Part shown: one piece after another, positions 54,392-64,000 of the stretch
Position numbering within the stretch: the first letter of the stretch is position 1
How the letters are laid out: every line of letters begins with the position of its first letter
Source: Lytechinus pictus
Lineage: Eukaryota
Reading direction: 5' to 3'
Assembly: GCF_037042905.1 (NCBI RefSeq)
Contig: NC_087251.1
Location: 25,918,001-25,982,000, forward strand
Length of the DNA stretch: 64,000 nucleotides
Notes under the pieces: generated by a model
What the model was told of the DNA's origin: nothing
Seen by the model: the letters and a program-made list of their open reading frames with translations, nothing else
Databases searched by the model: none
Program-made: the position numbers and the translations under genes

Positions 54392-55885
54392 CACTGGCGT
54401 AAATCCGTGTTGATGGGAGGGGGGGATGACTGAAATATTTTGGCATTTTTTTTGCAATCATGTTTTTAGATATGCAAGGAATTGCCATTGATATGTCCAC
54501 GGTGGCGTACCATGGGTCACGGCATGGGGGGGGCACCAGCAAAAATTTTGAATCACTGAGTGAGTGCGCTAGTGAGCGCGCTCAGTTGCCAGTTATACTG
54601 ACCTAATAGAGACATTTTAAGGACAATGTCATTAAATTGATATGTATCTCACTGATCAAATAATGCGAGCGCGAAGCGCGAGCTGAAATTTTTTCATATT
54701 CACACCTAAAAAGGGACATTATAATCAAATTTGTGTAATCATGATAGGTACCTGTCTCGGTAAACAATGCGAGCGCGAAGCGCGAGTTGAAAATTTAGAT
54801 AATTCAGACCTGAAGTGGGGCATTCTAAGGTTTTTTGTAAGAATTAACTAGGACCATACGTATTTCATTAACCAAATGATGCGAGCGCGAAGCGCGAGCT
54901 GAAAATTTTTGATATTCCGATCAGAAGGGACATTTTAAGGGCTGATTTTAAAGGAATTTATGAAAAGCAGACATATCTCACCAATCCACTAATGCGAACG
55001 TAATCACGGACATGAAATGTTTCATATATACGAAGACCTTAACATGGGGCAATCACTTTTTGAGTCGTGAAAAAGAAGCATATGTCACTACATAAAACAA
55101 TGATAACTCAAGTGCTAGGAAATATATTTGGTTTATATTGAGTTGAAAACGGGATGTTTTAGTACAACAGGATTATATATTACGTTAAACAGACAATGCG
55201 AGCACCAGGAACAATGAAGACGTAGGCCCTGGGCAAATTATGTTTCATAAAGTTATGATAAATATGTTTCTTATGTAATGTAACATAACATAATTATAAT
55301 ATAATATAACATTATAATGAATAATATTTTCTTCTTTCCCACTACATTTCTCTTCCTTTCTCCCTCTTTTCTCCTTTCCCCTTTCCCCGTTTTGTTTTTT
55401 TGGTCAGCCGATGGGGGGGGGGGGGGATGTGCCCCCCATGCCCCCCGTAGTTACGCCACTGTATGTCCATATGGCAAATACCCCTCCAATATTATTATCT
55501 TTTTTACCCCATGATGGTTTAATGGTTTTATTAGAGATTACATTAAAAAAATGTTGACATTCCATCTTAATCCCTTCCCAAAGACCCCAACATTGATGAA
55601 TTGGAAGAAACAGGGGTTTCTCTTCAATGTTATAATAAGGACATAAGTATTTCGTTTGGAAATGGTGAACTGGCTCTTTATTTGCATTTTATGATTCAAT
55701 AATATTGTTTTATTTGTTAAGCGGTATTTTAGGAAGAATTTTCACCAATAAAATAATTATCTCTTGTGATTTTTTTTTAATTTCTTTCGTAAAAAGTGGG
55801 GGGGATGTTTGTACAGGCCATCCCCCCCTCCTCGAAAAGTGGGGGGGATATATCCCCCCCATCCCCCCCGGGATTTACGCCAGTG
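54392..55885. mobile_element. Nested hAT-type MITE with 8-bp TSD
   Basis: TIR CACTGGCGTAAATCC / GGATTTACGCCAGTG, TSD TACCTATC. Confidence 0.9.
54500..55461. mobile_element. Innermost nested hAT-type MITE with 8-bp TSD
   Basis: TIR CGGTGGCGTA / TACGCCACTG, TSD TATGTCCA. Confidence 0.88.
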
Positions 55886-56247
55886 TACCTATCCTCTGGA
55901 AATTCTTACCAAAATATGTCAAAATTCTCCTTTATCATGTCAGTTTATAAAAGAAAATGAGCTCGTGCTTCGCGCTCGCATTTAATTATTTGAGAAACAC
56001 AGCTTTTTCTGTATTTAAATAAAAACGCGCTTAGACTGTCCAGTTTTCAGGTCGGAATATCAAAAATTTTGAGCTCGCACTTCGCACTCTCATTATTTAA
56101 TTGGTGATACTTGTATCCTTTTCATTAATCACTAAAAACAGTCCTAATTGAGTCCCTTTTCACGTTACTATGATAAAATTTAGGCTCGCGCTTCGCGCTC
56201 GCGTTGTTTAGTTGGATACTTATCTTTTTTCATAATTATAATTATCT

Positions 56248-56469
56248 TGGTGGTGATTTTTTTGGTGGTGATTTTTTTACCTGATTGCTAAGAAAGCATG
56301 AATGCTTGTAAGCAAGCAACCAGAGGACCGACGGCTTAAGGTCCCCTCCGAAGGACCTGGTACTGAGGATTAATGCCTTACCAAAGGGCACTAGCGCACC
56401 AAGTGGGAATCGAACCCGGGTTACCGGAATACGAGTCCCCCGCTCTACCGACTGAGCTCTCTCGCCTCC
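56248..56469 (-). mobile_element. tRNA-derived SINE of a second family, inside the 53940 element
   Basis: Reverse complement GGAGGCGAGAGAGCTCAGTCGGTAGAGC (A box)..GGTTCGATTCCC (B box)..GTGCCCTTTGGTAAGGCA, ending in a short tandem-repeat tail. Confidence 0.8.
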
Positions 56470-57279
56470 TCAGAATCTTCAGGTCTAAGGACATGAAATA
56501 TCAAAGAATTTGAGCTCGCGCTTCGCGCTCGCATTATATATTAAGACCACACGAGATACCTTATCTTGTTTATAATAATAAAATTAACATATACTTAAAA
56601 CTTCAGTCTCTCGTTAGGACTACCCCCTAAAAAACCGAAAAAATCAGATTATAGCGGCCAATCGAGAAAAACGTTGATAAAAATATTTTTCGGCCCCCCC
56701 CTATTGGCGAAAGCTGGATCCGCCCCTGCCCCTCGTCTATAATCGAGGAGATCCGAAATAGCGAACTAGTTCGCTACAATTCCCACTGGTGTATATATCG
56801 AGGAGATCTGGAAATAGCGAACTAGTTCGCTACCATTTCCGCCCGTCGTGTATATACAGGAGATCTGGAAAATAGCGAACTAGTTCGCTACAATTTCCGC
56901 CCGTCGTGTATATACAGGAGATCTGGAAAATAGCGAACTAGTTCGCTACAATTTCCCGTCGTATATATATATATAGAGCAGATTTGGAAATAGCGAACTA
57001 GTTCGCTACAATTTCCCGTCGTTAAGAGGAGATCTGGAAAATAGCGAACTAGTTCGCTACAATTTCCCATCGTATGTATATACAGGAGATCTGGAAAATA
57101 GCGAACTAGTTCGCTACAATTTCCCGTCGTGTATATATATATAGAGGAGATCTGGAAATAGCGAACTAGTTCGCTACAATTTGACACGTCGTATAATATA
57201 CACTAATACAAGGAGATGGCTACAAATTTCGACGCTTATATATAAGCGTTTAAGATCGCTATATTTGCCATCTTATAAT

Positions 57280-57775
57280 TTCCCCATTTTCACGGCTTTT
57301 TCCTGATTTTCTGGGCAGCTGCTCTTCTCTTCTGACTCGCGATCGAAGCTGATATGAAGATCACGTGATTCGCGTTCTCGTCAGCTGATCGGTTGGTTAT
57401 TCTTTTCGTCAGACGTTTATAATGCTAGCATTCATCGCTAATTTAGGTGGAAGAGATTGAAGTTAAACAGCGCCAGGTCGGAATCATAATTATTTTGGAA
57501 GAGTGTATTTATACACTCGATCTCATACCTGACGTAGACGGCGCTATTCAACAAATGCACAATCTTCAATATAAAAAATAAAACAGAAAGAACGCCTTGA
57601 ACACAGGCCAAAATGCCTAACGATTTCTCCGCGGCATTAACAACTATCGTAAAGGGCGCTCCATTTATCAATAAAGATGGACGCTAAGCTGTCTATGGCG
57701 ACAAAATTTGCCGCAAATATTTACGAAGAATTGTGAGAAATGGTCTGAAAATGCAACAAAAGAACCGGTGAGTAC
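57280..57775. promoter_or_regulatory. Probable bidirectional CpG-rich promoter (DHX57 leftwards, unknown gene rightwards with first-exon donor CCG|GTGAGT at 57768)
   Basis: CpG-enriched unique sequence with CTCGCGA, E-box ATCACGTGAT, TGACGT and ATGGCG motifs, plus a strong + strand donor. Inference only. Confidence 0.5.
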
Positions 57776-58033
57776 CGATTAAACATTATTAAATTTGTAA
57801 ATAGATTATACATACCTTGTAGATTTAGTTTTTAAGGTGATATTAGTGCTTAGTTCTAAGCTAGGGAGGCCCAAACGCGCGTGAGTGGAGTCCCAGTTTA
57901 TTAGCACGGGTAAGTATTGGGGTGTCGCCTAGAGTGATTTTTACAGAGCACTTTTTAAAAATCACACAAAATAATGAAAGTTCGATTTCCGAGATGAAAT
58001 ATGTTTTGTATATTGACTTCCAAACTCTATAAT

Positions 58034-58489
58034 CAGTAGAGGCGCACGGCCAATATTGGAGACTATCTCCAATGTGGGAGATTATCTCCAATATCAGAGA
58101 CTTTTTGTAAAGAATTTTGGTATCCAATTTTAGAGACAGTCTCCAGTTTTGGAGTCCAATTTCCTTTGTTTACATTTGCTGCAAAAGGATTACCTTGGCC
58201 GCTTGGCGGCAAATAAAAATGTGATAAGCAGATTCCTCATAAAAAATTACCCCTTTTCACCGTCTACTTTAAAAATTCACCGTCTACTTTTGTTTTGATA
58301 AGGATTTTTGTTGTCAATCACACACAAAACAAATGGGCTTCTGACCTCAGTGAGACAAAATTTTGGGTGGAAAAAATCATGCTTTTGTTGGTGTTGTTTC
58401 TTTTGTCCTCTTGCAAAGCAAGTCTCCAATGAGGGAGATTGTCTCCCCTATTGGAGAGAGTCTCCCATATTGGCCGTGCGCCTCTACTG
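58034..58489. mobile_element. MITE with 23-bp perfect TIR and 5-bp TSD
   Basis: CAGTAGAGGCGCACGGCCAATAT / ATATTGGCCGTGCGCCTCTACTG, TSD ATAAT, subterminal GGAGAC..TCTCCA motifs. Confidence 0.9.
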
Positions 58490-59374
58490 ATAATCCATAT
58501 TGAACAAGATATAAAAATCACCTAACACTAGTAACAGGCAATACGAGCGCCAAGCTCGAGCAAAATTTTACATATTATAGTGACATGAAAGATTCTTTTT
58601 ATTTTCCAAGTCTTCCCCTCATCTTAATTCTTGTTTTATTTACTCATCTTCCTCCATGCAGAGCTTCTTTTTTCTCCTCTCTTTTCCCTCCTTTTTCCTT
58701 TTTTTTTCTTTCCTTTTTTCTTTTTTTTGCTCCACCAATAGGGGGGGGCGGGCCCCTCGGGCCCCCCCTGGATCCGCCTATGACATACCGGTACCGGTAT
58801 GTCAAGGTCAGGAGATAGGGAGAAATAAAAAATAAATGAAAATGATTTTAATAAAAAAAAAAACTACATGAAAGTTGAAACAGACGGCTGCCAGCTGTCT
58901 AACGTTAGACTTACCGGTACGGTCGGTACCTGACTGTACTTGCTGGACTTGGATCTAGACTAGAGTCTATTATTAAACGTTACGATCTAACTTGGTGCCT
59001 TTCTAATTTTTTCTAAATTTCTGTCTCCCCTGCGCGTCCCTGATGACGTTATTGCAACAGCGCCTAACTTAACTTCACACGCACACAGCCGATTGCCATT
59101 GCGCTATACCCATTAACCTCCCCACCACATCTGCTGCCCCCGTATGGAACGCGGAAAGGCTAAAATTTGATCACTGTCACTTTTGATTTGATGGACCTCC
59201 GTACCAGCCATCATCAAATCAAGTGCAGCCATCAGTAAATCAAAAGTGGCCATCATCATATCAATTTTAAGCATCATATCCCTCTGTACCAGCCATCATC
59301 AAATCAGTTTCTAACATCAAATCAATGTTGTCCTTTCGGCGTTCCTGATGTGCGCGCCAAAAGGACACCTGTAA

Positions 59375-61137
59375 GTTGATGGCAGCCACTTTTTATTTGA
59401 TGACGGTTACTTTTGACTTGATGACGGCCACTTTTTATTTGATGACGGTTACTTTTGACTTGATGACGGCCACTTTTTACTTGCTTTTTATTTGATGACG
59501 GTTACTTTTGACTTCATGACGGCCACTTTTGACTTGATGGCGGCTGCTTTTGATTCGATGATGGCTGCTTTTGATTTGATGATGGCTGCTTTTGATTCGA
59601 TAGTGGCCACTTTTGATTTGATGATGGCTGCTTCTGATTTGATGATGGTTGCTTTTGATTCGATAGTGGCCACTTTTGAACTGATGATGGCCACTTTAGA
59701 TTTGATGATGGTCACTTTCAATTTTTTTATCGCTTTTCATTTGATGGTCACTTTTTGTTTGATGGTCACTTTTTATTTGATCACTTAATTTGATGGTCAC
59801 TTTTTATTTGATGGTCACTTTTTATTTGATGGTCACTTTTCATTTGATGGTCACTTTTCATTTGATGGTCGCTTTTAATTTGATGGGCACCTTTTATTTG
59901 ATGATCACTTATTTGATGGTCACTTTTAATTTGATGGTCACTTTTAATTTGATGGTCACTTTTAATTTGATCATCAATTCTTATTTGATGGTCACTTTTA
60001 ATTTGATGGTCGCTTTTTATTTAATGGTCACTTTTTATTTGATGGTCACTTTAAATTTGATGGTCACTTTTTATTTGATGGTCATTTTTAATTTGATGCT
60101 CAGTTTTTATTTGATGGTCACTTTTAATTTGATGGTCGCTTTTTTGTTGCTCACTTTTTATTTGATGGTCACTTTTAATTTGATGGTCACTTTTTATTTG
60201 ATCATCACTTTTTATCTGATCATCACTTCTTTGACGGTCACTTTTTATTTGATGGTCACTTTTTATTTGATGCTCACTTTTCATTTTATGCTCATTTTTC
60301 ATTTGATGCTCACTTTTAATTTGATGATAGATTTTTATTTGATGGTCACTTTTTATTTGATGGTCGCTTTTAATTTGATGGGCACCTTTTATTTGATGAT
60401 CACTTATTTGATGGTCACTTTTTATTTGATGGTCACTTTTTATTTGATCATCACTTTTTATCTGATCATCACTTCTTTGACAGTCACTTTTTATTTGATG
60501 GTCACTTTTTATTTGATGCTCACTTTTCATTTGATGCTCACTTTTTATTTGATGGTCGCTTTTTATTTGATGGTCACTTTTTATTTGATGGTCACTTTTA
60601 ATTTGATGGTCACTTTTTTGTTGGTCACTTTTTATTTGATGGTCACTTTTTATTTGTTGGTCACTTTTTATTTGATGGTCACTTTTTATTTGATGGTTAC
60701 TTTATATTTGATGCTCATTTTTTATTTGATGATCACTTTTTATTAGATGATCACTTTTTATTTGATCATCACTTCTTTGACGGTCACTTTTTATTTGATG
60801 GTCACTTATTATTTGATGCTAACTTTTTATTTGATGCTCACTTTTAATTTGATGGTCGCTTTTTATTTGATGGTTATTTTTTATTTGATGGCTACTTTAA
60901 ATTTGATGATCACTTTTTATTTGATGGTTACTTTTTATTTGATCGTCACTTCTTCTTTGATGGTCACTTTTCTTTTGATCGTCGCTTTTCATTTGATCAT
61001 CACAATTTAAGTTGATGGTTTCGGCATTCCATACATGGTCGCTTTATATTTGATGGTCGCTTTTCATTTGATCGTCGCTTTTATTTGATCGGCACTTTTC
61101 ATTTGGTCGTCGCTTTTCATTTGATCATCACTTTTTA
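59375..61137. repeat. Minisatellite: 21-bp units grading into 18-bp units (TTTGATGGTCACTTTTTA)n
   Basis: Direct reading. Generates the repetitive LMVTFY / KSDHQI ORFs. Confidence 0.95.
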
Positions 61138-64000
61138 CAGTACGTGCGCATAAACGTGTCGCAGTGAGCATGCACTGAGCAAATCCTCATGTACGTATAG
61201 CTAGCGCGCTCTTTTTGCTTCCGAGAATTGAAGTGCAGGTGCATATATATGAATCTATTGATCGTGAAAAAATAAATCTGGAAAATGGAGGGTATACTTA
61301 ATAGTTTAGGGATGCCTCAATCAGTTATTAACAACTTTCAACGGGAAGGGGTAAGTTGAAGTTAGAATTTACTTAGATCTAGACCTACGCTTTAGATCTA
61401 ACTTTGTTTGTCTATTTTGTTGGTGTGAAACGGTACTATAGGCCTTGGCCTAGGCCCTACTCCCTCACAACATTGTCACTGGGGCGTTGCACTGGGGCCT
61501 ATGCTCTAGTATAGACCGGCTAGGCTAGGGCCCTATATATAAGTGTCACTAGGCCTAGTCACTAATAAGCCTAGACCAACCTGACTCCATTGTTGAGAAC
61601 TGTGCTAGTAACTTAGTGTTAGAGCCAGAGCTACACACGAAACCCATGCAAATGCAGAAAAAATACAGTTAGTGTTCAGTTCTTAAATATTTTCAGATCT
61701 CTAGACCCTAATAATATTAATTTTAGCTGATGATTGGCATTGCCCATTTTGCAAATGCAGCGCGGCGGGGGCAGAGGGAGGGGGTAACACTAACGAGTAA
61801 CGTTGAGTCTTATCCATTGTAGTTATACACTCAAGCCTAGCGCCTATAACATACAGTTCAATTGTTACTGTTAACCCCCTACCCTCTACTCCTGCCCCCG
61901 TTGTGTTGAAGAAAACCTTTTTTTTTTTTTTTTTTTTTTTGCTATAGGCTATTCATATTTATATATATATATATAAACAAGGCCATAGATATGAATAACA
62001 ACAAACCGAGTCGCCCTTTTCCAAAACTCCCAACCCCCCTCCCCCCATAAAAATTTGTTGCGTCTATTATTGGGCTTATTTTCTTTTTACCCAAAATTAA
62101 GGGGGGGGGCTGCGTGCGCAACCTCCCAACCCCCTTGGCGACGGTCATGCAGTTGACCCACAGAAATTTAGAAAATTTATATTTTTCTTGCAAAAATGCA
62201 TAAAATTTACAAAAAATTGTGCAACAAATCCTTCAAGTTCTGCTCGATTGCTTCGCTCCCTCACTTTCGAATAGGGTCTATTTTTGAAAATTGCAAGAGT
62301 TTTTAACAATGATGGGATGAGGATGTTTTAAACACTCTATCAAAAGTAGGTTCAATTTTGCACCTTTACCAATGTCACACATGGAACACATTTAATGATG
62401 CAAATTTGCACCTTTCAGAAAAGAAATCACCTTAAAAGGTACAGCTTAATTGCACCTATTTTTCTGAAAGGTGCAAATTTGCATCATTAAATGTGTTCCA
62501 TGTGTGACATTGGTAAAGGTGCAAAATTGAACCTACTTTTGATAGAGTGTTTAAAACATCCTCATCCCATCATTGTTAAAAACTCTTGCAATTTTCAAAA
62601 ATAGACCCTATTCGAAAGTGAGGGAGCGAAGCAATCGAGCAGAACTTGAAGGATTTGTTGCACAATTTTTTGTAAATTTTATGCATTTTTGCAAGAAAAA
62701 TATAAATTTTCTAAATTTCTGTGGGTCAACTGCATGACCGTCGCCAAGGGGGTTGGGAGGTTGCGCACGCAGCCCCCCCCCCCCCCTTAATTTTGGGTAA
62801 AAAGAAAATAAGCCCAATAATAGACGCAACAAATTTTCTGGGGGGAGGGGGGTTGGGAGTTTTGGAAAAGGGCGACTCGGTTTGTTGTTATTCATATCTA
62901 TGGCCTTGTTTATATATATATATATAAATATGAATAGCCTATAGCAAAAAAAAAAAAAAAAAAAAAAAGGTTTTCTTCAACACAACGGGGGCAGGAGTAG
63001 AGGGTAGGGGGTTAACAGTAACAATTGAACTGTATGTTATAGGCGCTAGGCTTGAGTGTATAACTACAATGGATAAGACTCAACGTTACTCGTTAGTGTT
63101 ACCCCCTCCCTCTGCCCCCGCCGCGCTGCATTTGCAAAATGGGCAATGCCAATCATCAGCTAAAATTAATATTATTAGGGTCTAGAGATCTGAAAATATT
63201 TAAGAACTGAACACTAACTGTATTTTTTCTGCATTTGCATGGGTTTCGTGTGTAGCTCTGGCTCTAACACTAAGTTACTAGCACAGTTCTCAACAATGGA
63301 GTCAGGTTGGTCTAGGCTTATTAGTGACTAGGCCTAGTGACACTTATATATAGGGCCCTAGCCTAGCCGGTCTATACTAGAGCATAGGCCCCAGTGCAAC
63401 GCCCCAGTGACAATGTTGTGAGGGAGTAGGGCCTAGGCCAAGGCCTATAGTACCGTTTCACACCAACAAAATAGACAAACAAAGTTAGATCTAAAGCGTA
63501 GGTCTAGATCTAAGTAAATTCTAACTTCAACTTACCCCTTCCCGTTGAAAGTTGTTAATAACTGATTGAGGCATCCCTAAACTATTAAGTATACCCTCCA
63601 TTTTCCAGATTTATTTTTTCACGATCAATAGATTCATATATATGCACCTGCACTTCAATTCTCGGAAGCAAAAAGAGCGCGCTAGCTATACGTACATGAG
63701 GATTTGCTCAGTGCATGCTCACTGCGACACGTTTATGCGCACGTACTGTAAAAAGTGATGATCAAATGAAAAGCGACGACCAAATGAAAAGTGCCGATCA
63801 AATAAAAGCGACGATCAAATGAAAAGCGACCATCAAATATAAAGCGACCATGTATGGAATGCCGAAACCATCAACTTAAATTGTGATGATCAAATGAAAA
63901 GCGACGATCAAAAGAAAAGTGACCATCAAAGAAGAAGTGACGATCAAATAAAAAGTAACCATCAAATAAAAAGTGATCATCAAATTTAAAGTAGCCATCA
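60886..64000. repeat. Large near-perfect inverted duplication (arms 60886-62422 and 62460-64000, right arm cut by the window edge; 37-bp spacer)
   Basis: The right arm is the reverse complement of the left. The only differences I noticed are G9 vs C14 (about 62101/62773) and ATAAAAA vs AGAAAA (about 62047/62839). Confidence 0.95.
62333..62549. mobile_element. Small CACT-ended (EnSpm/CACTA-like) MITE at the palindrome centre
   Basis: CACTCTATCAAAAGTAGGTTCAATTTTGCACCTTT ... AAAGGTGCAAAATTGAACCTACTTTTGATAGAGTG with repeated GCACCT motifs. Boundaries are inferred from the CACT terminus because the flanks are also symmetric. Confidence 0.6.

Larger units (their letters stand above)
53940..56728. 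mobile_element. Non-autonomous hAT-like element with 5-bp TSD, inserted in one foldback unit
   Basis: TIR CAGGCGCGGATCCAG / CTGGATCCGCCCCTG, TSD CCCCT. An uninterrupted unit ACAATTTCCCCTCGTCTA is visible at about 53763. Confidence 0.87.
52011..57272. mobile_element. Foldback-type element: about 90-bp unique TIR plus inverted arrays of 51-62-bp units with an 18-bp palindromic core; 2.8 kb of nested insertions in the right arm
   Basis: Ends GATGGCAAATATAGCGATCTT..TGTAGCCATCTCCTTGTATTAGT and its reverse complement. Flanks TTATA/TTATA (or TAT/TAT if the ends are shifted 1 bp). About 40 copies of TAGCGAACTAGTTCGCTA. Confidence 0.88.

Noticed and set aside
20622..56469. tRNA genes at 20622, 41383 and 56469
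   Set aside because: A and B boxes run into SINE cores and tails, and no complete cloverleaf is evident.
52096..57187. CRISPR-like look of palindromic repeats separated by variable sequence
   Set aside because: The linkers are short, related, TA-rich variants rather than unique spacers. The context is eukaryotic, no cas genes are present, and the array is inverted and TIR-bounded.
52096..57187. ORFs with repeated GNCSELVRYFPDLL peptides
   Set aside because: Translations of the tandem unit, with frames broken by linker length changes.
59488..61010. Long ORFs (318 aa LMVTFY repeats, 159 aa KSDHQI repeats)
   Set aside because: By-products of 18- and 21-bp stop-poor repeats open on both strands. 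No splice or domain evidence.

Overview
AT-rich, intron-containing animal genomic DNA. The proteins are deuterostome-like and the repeats suggest an echinoderm such as a sea urchin, which is an inference. Genes: (1) the probable last two coding exons of an unidentified + strand gene; (2) a complete two-exon Gemin6 (+); (3) an intronless UDP-glucuronosyltransferase (-) broken by one in-frame stop and one frameshift; (4) a complete 25-coding-exon DHX57 DExH-box helicase (-, about 1454 aa); (5) a probable bidirectional promoter near 57.3-57.8 kb. Introns and intergenic DNA hold many non-autonomous DNA transposons with readable TIRs and TSDs, tRNA-derived SINEs and Helentron-like elements. The last 12 kb is the most unusual part. 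A 5.26-kb foldback element is built from about 40 tandem units, each carrying the perfect 18-bp palindrome TAGCGAACTAGTTCGCTA. It reverses orientation exactly on one of those palindromes, contains nested transposons, and appears to sit inside the DHX57 5'-UTR exon. A near-perfect palindrome of at least 3.1 kb, centred on a small CACT-ended MITE, runs off the right end of the window. All coordinates were read by hand.
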